A stretch of DNA of 29,388 nucleotides. Origin: an uncultured bacterium (GTDB lineage: Bacteria; T1Sed10-126). The stretch lies in contig CAZMIT010000008.1 in assembly GCA_964566495.1 (NCBI GenBank), forward strand, positions 1 through 29,388. Reading direction: 5' to 3'. The position numbers were made by a program, and so were the translations under genes. Position 1 is the stretch's first letter. The number at the start of each line of letters is the position of its first letter. Of the stretch, positions 24,999 through 29,388 are shown in pieces. The notes below the pieces were generated by a model. It was not told the origin of the DNA and made no database searches. It saw nothing but the letters and a program-made list of their open reading frames with translations.

Positions 24999-27863
24999 TT
25001 ATTGTTCCTTTAGATTGGCTATTAAGCTCTCCGGGGTTTCCCGAGGTGGGGAAAAGTTGTGGTTGGTGTCTATGTACCAGTAAGTTGGGTCGGTAGAGGT
25101 TGAGTCTATGAACTCGAGAAGTTCGGGGTGTGAGGTGAGCACGAAGACCTGGTTGCGACCGGCGAGTTCATCGATCACCCGGGAGGTTCGGCGGCGGTGC
25201 GAGGGGTCAAAGTTAACGGCGGAATCGTCGAGGATAACAGGCAGGGACGGATCAATCTGGTTAATCCGAGCAAGCCGGACGGAGAGAAAGAGCTGTTCGC
25301 GGGTGCCGCGGCTTAACTCGGCGGTCCGCTGTTCAGTGCCGTCGTCCAGTTCGGCGACAAAATCAGCCCGGCCGGGATCCTCGCTGAAGGGTTGAACGCG
25401 GCGGTAATCGTCACCGGTAATCTGACTGAACAGCTCACTGGCCTCGGAGAGCAGGCCCGAGCGGGTCTTTTCGACGTAACGGTGGTAGAGTGTATCGAGG
25501 AGGTTCTCCGCCAGACGGTTAACGGCGTATTCCTCGAGCTTGGGTTTGACCCGGGAGCGGGCGCTGTGAATTTTCTCGTTTGCTTTTCGCAGTTTCTCAT
25601 CGGTCGCCAGCTCGTCGATTTTATCTTCCAGTTTACGCAGCTCTTCCTTCAATTCCTCCAGGCGTACCTGTTTCACTTCCAGCTCCTGTGCCACGTCCCG
25701 GCGCTCTGTCTCTACCCGATCCCGGGAAGCAAACTCCTCGAAGAGTGAATCAAAAGCCGCCCGTTTCCAGTCGTCGACTCCGGAGTCGGAAGCCAACGGG
25801 CACAGAGCTTCTTCAGCGACCTCCTGGTTAAGGAAAGTGTTAAGCGAGCTTTCCGTTTCCTTCAGTCTCTGCTGCTGGCCGTTCAACTCTTCGTACCTCT
25901 CCCCCAGCTGAGCAAACTCCTGGAGTTGTTGCCGCAGTTGTTCGGGTTCGGTCCGCAGTTTTTCTACTTCCACCTGTCCCGGCCCAGACTGCAGCAGGTT
26001 GAGGACTTTGTTCCGGTAGTCCTGCCACTCCTGCTCGGCCGAGGTCAGATCCGCCAGGAGGTCCAGCCTGTCGAGCTGATCTTCGAGCAGTTGAATAAAC
26101 TGATCAAATTCGGTCAGCGGATCGTCGGGGACGTCGAGTCCGGGAAACCCGGCCAGCAGTTCAGCCGCTTCCCGCAGCCGGCGTCTAAAGTTCTCCCGTT
26201 CCTGCTCGTATTCCTCCCTGTTTTCTGAAAGCTCCCGGTAATCCTGCTTGAGCTTCACCACCCGGTCGTAAAAATCACTGGTGGTGTCCGGCGAGATTCC
26301 TTCCGGAAGTCCAAGGCGAGCCCGGAGTTCGGAGAATTCAGCTTCCCGTTCCTCAATCTTGGAGCGCAGTTCAGCGATTATTCCTCGTTGAGACTCGAGC
26401 TCGCTTTCCTTCTGGCGAAGGCGAATAGCTAACTCCTTCGTTTCTTGTGCCTCATTTCGTTTTACGTAAGTGCGGTAGCCAAAAAAGGCGGTTGCAAGTG
26501 CCCCGGCCAGTGAACAAAGCAAACCGAGCAAGGGAAAGTTTGCCAGTGATGCACCCAGCCCTGCCAAAAATACTGCAAACCCGACCGCGGTGGCCAGTTC
26601 AGTTCCATAGCCGGGCTCAGCTTCCGGCAGTCGCTCACCGAGGTTTTCGACCTCTGTTTCCAGTTGTTCCGCTTGAGTTTCCTTTTCCTCCAGCCTGTCC
26701 TTTTTGCCGCTCAAATCACGCGCCAGGCGCTTGAGCTCATCCCGGTCAACGAGGTCGGTGTTAACCTCCTCCAGCTTCTCCGGGTTCCCGCGCCAGTCGG
26801 AAGAAATTTTACCCAGTTCAGCTTCCAGTTGTTCTTCTTTCGCTTCAATTTCCCGGGCCGTCTTCGTCAGCTGGCTCTGCTTCTCGAGCCAGCCGGAGAG
26901 CTGATTATTATATTCCTCAAGCCTGGACCTGTTGGCCAGCAGAAGCTGCCGGACTTCGGCCGCCTTTTCAGCGCCAACCAGCTGCCCCCACTTTTTCTTC
27001 AGCCGACGATAGTCTTCAATTTTCTCTTCAAACTGCTCGAGGTGATCTTCGGCCTGCTGCCGGCCCTGCGGCGGATACTCGGACAAAATCTCCCGGGCGC
27101 TCTCGTCCAGGTTTCCCTGCAGCTCGAGATATTCTTCATAAGTTTCATAGTTATCTTCCAGCAGGGTAAGCCGGTCAACTTTCAATTGTAGTTCATCGTT
27201 TTCTTCTTCCAGCTTAGAAATTTGGGTTTCAAGCTCATCGGCGCGCTGACAGGAATTCTTGTATTCCTCGAGCTGCTGCCGGGCTTCCTCGCGCAGTTCA
27301 ATTCCCTCGTCAAGTAGGTTCTCAGGGGTGCTCAATTCGTAAGAAAAGCGACCGCCAGTTCCGGCTATATCTTCGGCATCTTTCGCAAAATTATCCCGCA
27401 GACGGGGCAGCTGAACAATATCGGCCCAGCCGCCGCCGATAAGAGCGGCCTGAAGTTCCAGCTCGTCCTCGCCCCGGGCCAGCGGCGGTTTACGCCGCAG
27501 CTCGTCGAGACTGATTGTGAAGATCAGGCGGTAGCGGAAGCCGGAGAGGTTGGCGTAGAGCTCGCGGCGGCCGGTTTCCAAACCGGTCAGCTCCGGCTCA
27601 CCGGAACCGGTGCGGCGCAGCCGGCCCTCGCCGTCAGCCGTGACAATCTCGGCGTCAACATCGTAACCGGTCTCCGGATCGTTTGGGGGCGGGACATCGG
27701 AATCGTTGGGAAGCGCGTAACCAAGGTGGCGAACAACCTGCATAAAAGTTGACTTGCCGGCGCGCTGGGGCCCGGCGATTACGTTTAGGCCGGAGTCGAA
27801 GCCCTCAATATGTTCCTGACGGTAACAGCCAAAGTCGTTGATGTAGAGGTTCTTAATCCACAT
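24999..27863 (-). CDS. YhaN-like SMC/Rad50-type ATPase with coiled coils and a central hydrophobic hairpin (start ATG 27863)
   Basis: MWIKNLYINDFG, Walker A GPQRAGKST, signature LSRGTREQLFLSVRLA, Walker B/D-loop LPVILDDSAVNFD, QVFVLTSH. Confidence 0.9.
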   Translation of the reverse strand: MWIKNLYINDFGCYRQEHIEGFDSGLNVIAGPQRAGKSTFMQVVRHLGYALPNDSDVPPPNDPETGYDVDAEIVTADGEGRLRRTGSGEPELTGLETGRRELYANLSGFRYRLIFTISLDELRRKPPLARGEDELELQAALIGGGWADIVQLPRLRDNFAKDAEDIAGTGGRFSYELSTPENLLDEGIELREEARQQLEEYKNSCQRADELETQISKLEEENDELQLKVDRLTLLEDNYETYEEYLELQGNLDESAREILSEYPPQGRQQAEDHLEQFEEKIEDYRRLKKKWGQLVGAEKAAEVRQLLLANRSRLEEYNNQLSGWLEKQSQLTKTAREIEAKEEQLEAELGKISSDWRGNPEKLEEVNTDLVDRDELKRLARDLSGKKDRLEEKETQAEQLETEVENLGERLPEAEPGYGTELATAVGFAVFLAGLGASLANFPLLGLLCSLAGALATAFFGYRTYVKRNEAQETKELAIRLRQKESELESQRGIIAELRSKIEEREAEFSELRARLGLPEGISPDTTSDFYDRVVKLKQDYRELSENREEYEQERENFRRRLREAAELLAGFPGLDVPDDPLTEFDQFIQLLEDQLDRLDLLADLTSAEQEWQDYRNKVLNLLQSGPGQVEVEKLRTEPEQLRQQLQEFAQLGERYEELNGQQQRLKETESSLNTFLNQEVAEEALCPLASDSGVDDWKRAAFDSLFEEFASRDRVETERRDVAQELEVKQVRLEELKEELRKLEDKIDELATDEKLRKANEKIHSARSRVKPKLEEYAVNRLAENLLDTLYHRYVEKTRSGLLSEASELFSQITGDDYRRVQPFSEDPGRADFVAELDDGTEQRTAELSRGTREQLFLSVRLARINQIDPSLPVILDDSAVNFDPSHRRRTSRVIDELAGRNQVFVLTSHPELLEFIDSTSTDPTYWYIDTNHNFSPPRETPESLIANLKEQ

Positions 27864-29220
27864 TTCTCTGTGTCGCCTCGTAGAGGCTATCAATTACCCG
27901 GTCGCGAGCGCGTTCAATTAGATCGTTTAATTTCTCCCGGCTGAGCTGAAACTCCTTCTCGCCGACCTCTTCGGGCTCCTCCGTGTAATTCCAGAGATCG
28001 CCCGCCATAGCGGCCAGTTGATCGGTTTGTTCGTCGGAACTCAGCCACTCGTCGACAATTTCCTGGAGCTGCCGGTAGACCTCGTCCTGCTCCACCAGCT
28101 CGTCCAGCCCGGGGATGGGCGCGGCCGTGCGGAAGTTAACGTCAGCGGACCAGACAAACGGTTCACTTTCGCCGTAAACATCACGTAGTTCCTCAAGCAG
28201 TTGACCGCGGGCTTCGGCTCCTTTTTCAAGCAGTTGGTCGTGAACCACTGAACGACCGGAGAAAGTCCAGTTAACAATGTAACCCTTGACTTCGTGCTCC
28301 GGCGGCCGGTAATCAACCGGCGTGTTTTCAACTTTTTGAGTAAGAAAATCTTCCGTATTGCTGTCCAGTAGCTCGCGGCACTGATCCTCGAGTATCTCAC
28401 GGAGGTCGTCTAGGTTTCCGGCCGAAAATTGCCGGCCGGATAGATCAATTTTACGATCAAGCCAGATAACTTCCGAGGTGGGCAGAAAGGTCAGGGCGGC
28501 CTCCGAACCGGAGCCGACTTCAACCAGCAGGCAACCGCCGGGTCCCGCCTCACCGGCACTTCTGCCCTGGGGGACGCCCGGATAAGCAAGCCGAGGGTCG
28601 CCGTCGTAAACGTTGAGACCGTGCTTGTGGCCGAGGGCCCAGTAATCTATCGCTTCCTTCCCCCGGAGGTCAGAAGCGGAACAGGGAACGTAACGGTTTG
28701 ATTGGGGGGCAAGCGAGGTGTGGAGGACACCAACGTTAGGCACCGTCTCATCAGCCGGGGTAAATTGCCTGTACATTGTTCGCTCCTCGTGGCGACTGCG
28801 GTAGGACTGACCGAGGACCCGGGCTACTGTAGAACCATCGACCTCAATCTCTTCGACGCCGGGTTCGCCGGAGGGGAAGCGGGTAACGTTGTCGGGGAAC
28901 TCAAAAAACTCGTGACCGCTGCCCATGGGGTCGTGATTGCCGTAAACGAGAAAGACCGGAATAGAACTCGCCCGCAGGCGCTCGAACTGGTCAATCAGGA
29001 ACTGGTTGGCGCGGACGGAACGGGACTCCTTGTCGTAGATATCACCGGCGAGGACGAGAAAGTCGACCTCGAGCTCCAGGGCCCAGTTGATAATTTCCTC
29101 GAAGGCGTTGTAGGTGGCCCGGTTCACGGCTTCCTCAACCGTGGAAACGCCTTTACTTTCGGCGTCCAGCGGACTGCCGAGATGAACGTCGGAAGCGTGA
29201 ATGAAGCGAACGTCAGGCAT
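27853..29220 (-). CDS. YhaO-like Mre11/SbcD-family metallophosphoesterase nuclease
   Basis: FIHASDVHLG, AGDIYD, GNHD, GVLH, DYWALGHKH, YPGVPQGR; GGGAGG RBS; overlaps the ATPase start. Confidence 0.92.
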   Translation of the reverse strand: MPDVRFIHASDVHLGSPLDAESKGVSTVEEAVNRATYNAFEEIINWALELEVDFLVLAGDIYDKESRSVRANQFLIDQFERLRASSIPVFLVYGNHDPMGSGHEFFEFPDNVTRFPSGEPGVEEIEVDGSTVARVLGQSYRSRHEERTMYRQFTPADETVPNVGVLHTSLAPQSNRYVPCSASDLRGKEAIDYWALGHKHGLNVYDGDPRLAYPGVPQGRSAGEAGPGGCLLVEVGSGSEAALTFLPTSEVIWLDRKIDLSGRQFSAGNLDDLREILEDQCRELLDSNTEDFLTQKVENTPVDYRPPEHEVKGYIVNWTFSGRSVVHDQLLEKGAEARGQLLEELRDVYGESEPFVWSADVNFRTAAPIPGLDELVEQDEVYRQLQEIVDEWLSSDEQTDQLAAMAGDLWNYTEEPEEVGEKEFQLSREKLNDLIERARDRVIDSLYEATQRNVD

Positions 29221-29337
29221 AAGTTCCTCCCTGTTTTACTTTTTCTTCCCCAATTGGGGAAGAAAAAATGTGACAAAGTCAGAAAAGCTTGGCGTTTTTG
29301 TAATTTTAGCTAATTTTATAGTGAAAGGGAACTCTAA

Positions 29338-29388
29338 CCCGGATAATGCACGACAGCATACCTGTCGTGCATTATCCGTCCGAAGGAC
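29338..29388. repeat. REP-like palindromic element, right copy (inverted relative to 1-50)
   Basis: CCCGGATAATGCACGACAG-catac-CTGTCGTGCATTATCCG followed by the mini-hairpin GTCC-GAA-GGAC. Confidence 0.9.

Noticed and set aside
324..29313. Remaining short ORFs nested in or antisense to the called genes (e.g. 1140-1664, 16735-17493, 26664-27191, 28702-29313)
   Set aside because: They largely or fully overlap well-supported genes and show no family motifs.
1..29388. Linear plasmid/phage or composite transposon with terminal inverted repeats
   Set aside because: Content is mainly core chromosomal genes, with no terminal protein, protelomerase, capsid or transposase gene. An assembly break at repeats is simpler.

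Overview
This looks like a chromosomal fragment, probably a whole contig, from a diderm bacterium with noticeably acidic proteins (possibly salt-adapted). Left third (minus strand): a co-directional housekeeping run dnaE - ACT protein - glyoxalase II-like - PRTase-fold protein - degenerate argF-like gene - argG - argH - lysA - dapA - dapB. Middle (plus strand): an isolated PduS/PduT-like microcompartment redox pair bracketed by inverted BoxC-like repeats, then four envelope genes (beta-barrel, lipoprotein, OmpA/MotB-domain protein, FecR-domain protein). About 18.9-24.95 kb is an AT-richer accessory zone with two toxin-antitoxin pairs, pseudogenes and an unusual OB-fold/HTH fusion protein. It is punctuated by four direct copies of a ~25-50 bp imperfectly palindromic site, which gives it a cassette-array-like layout; this is the best candidate for an undescribed system. 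The right end carries a yhaO/yhaN-like (Mre11/Rad50-like) pair. The first 50 bp and positions 29338-29387 are exact inverted copies of a REP-like hairpin. No rRNA, tRNA, CRISPR array, integrase or transposase was recognised. All family assignments come from motif recognition by eye, not database searches.
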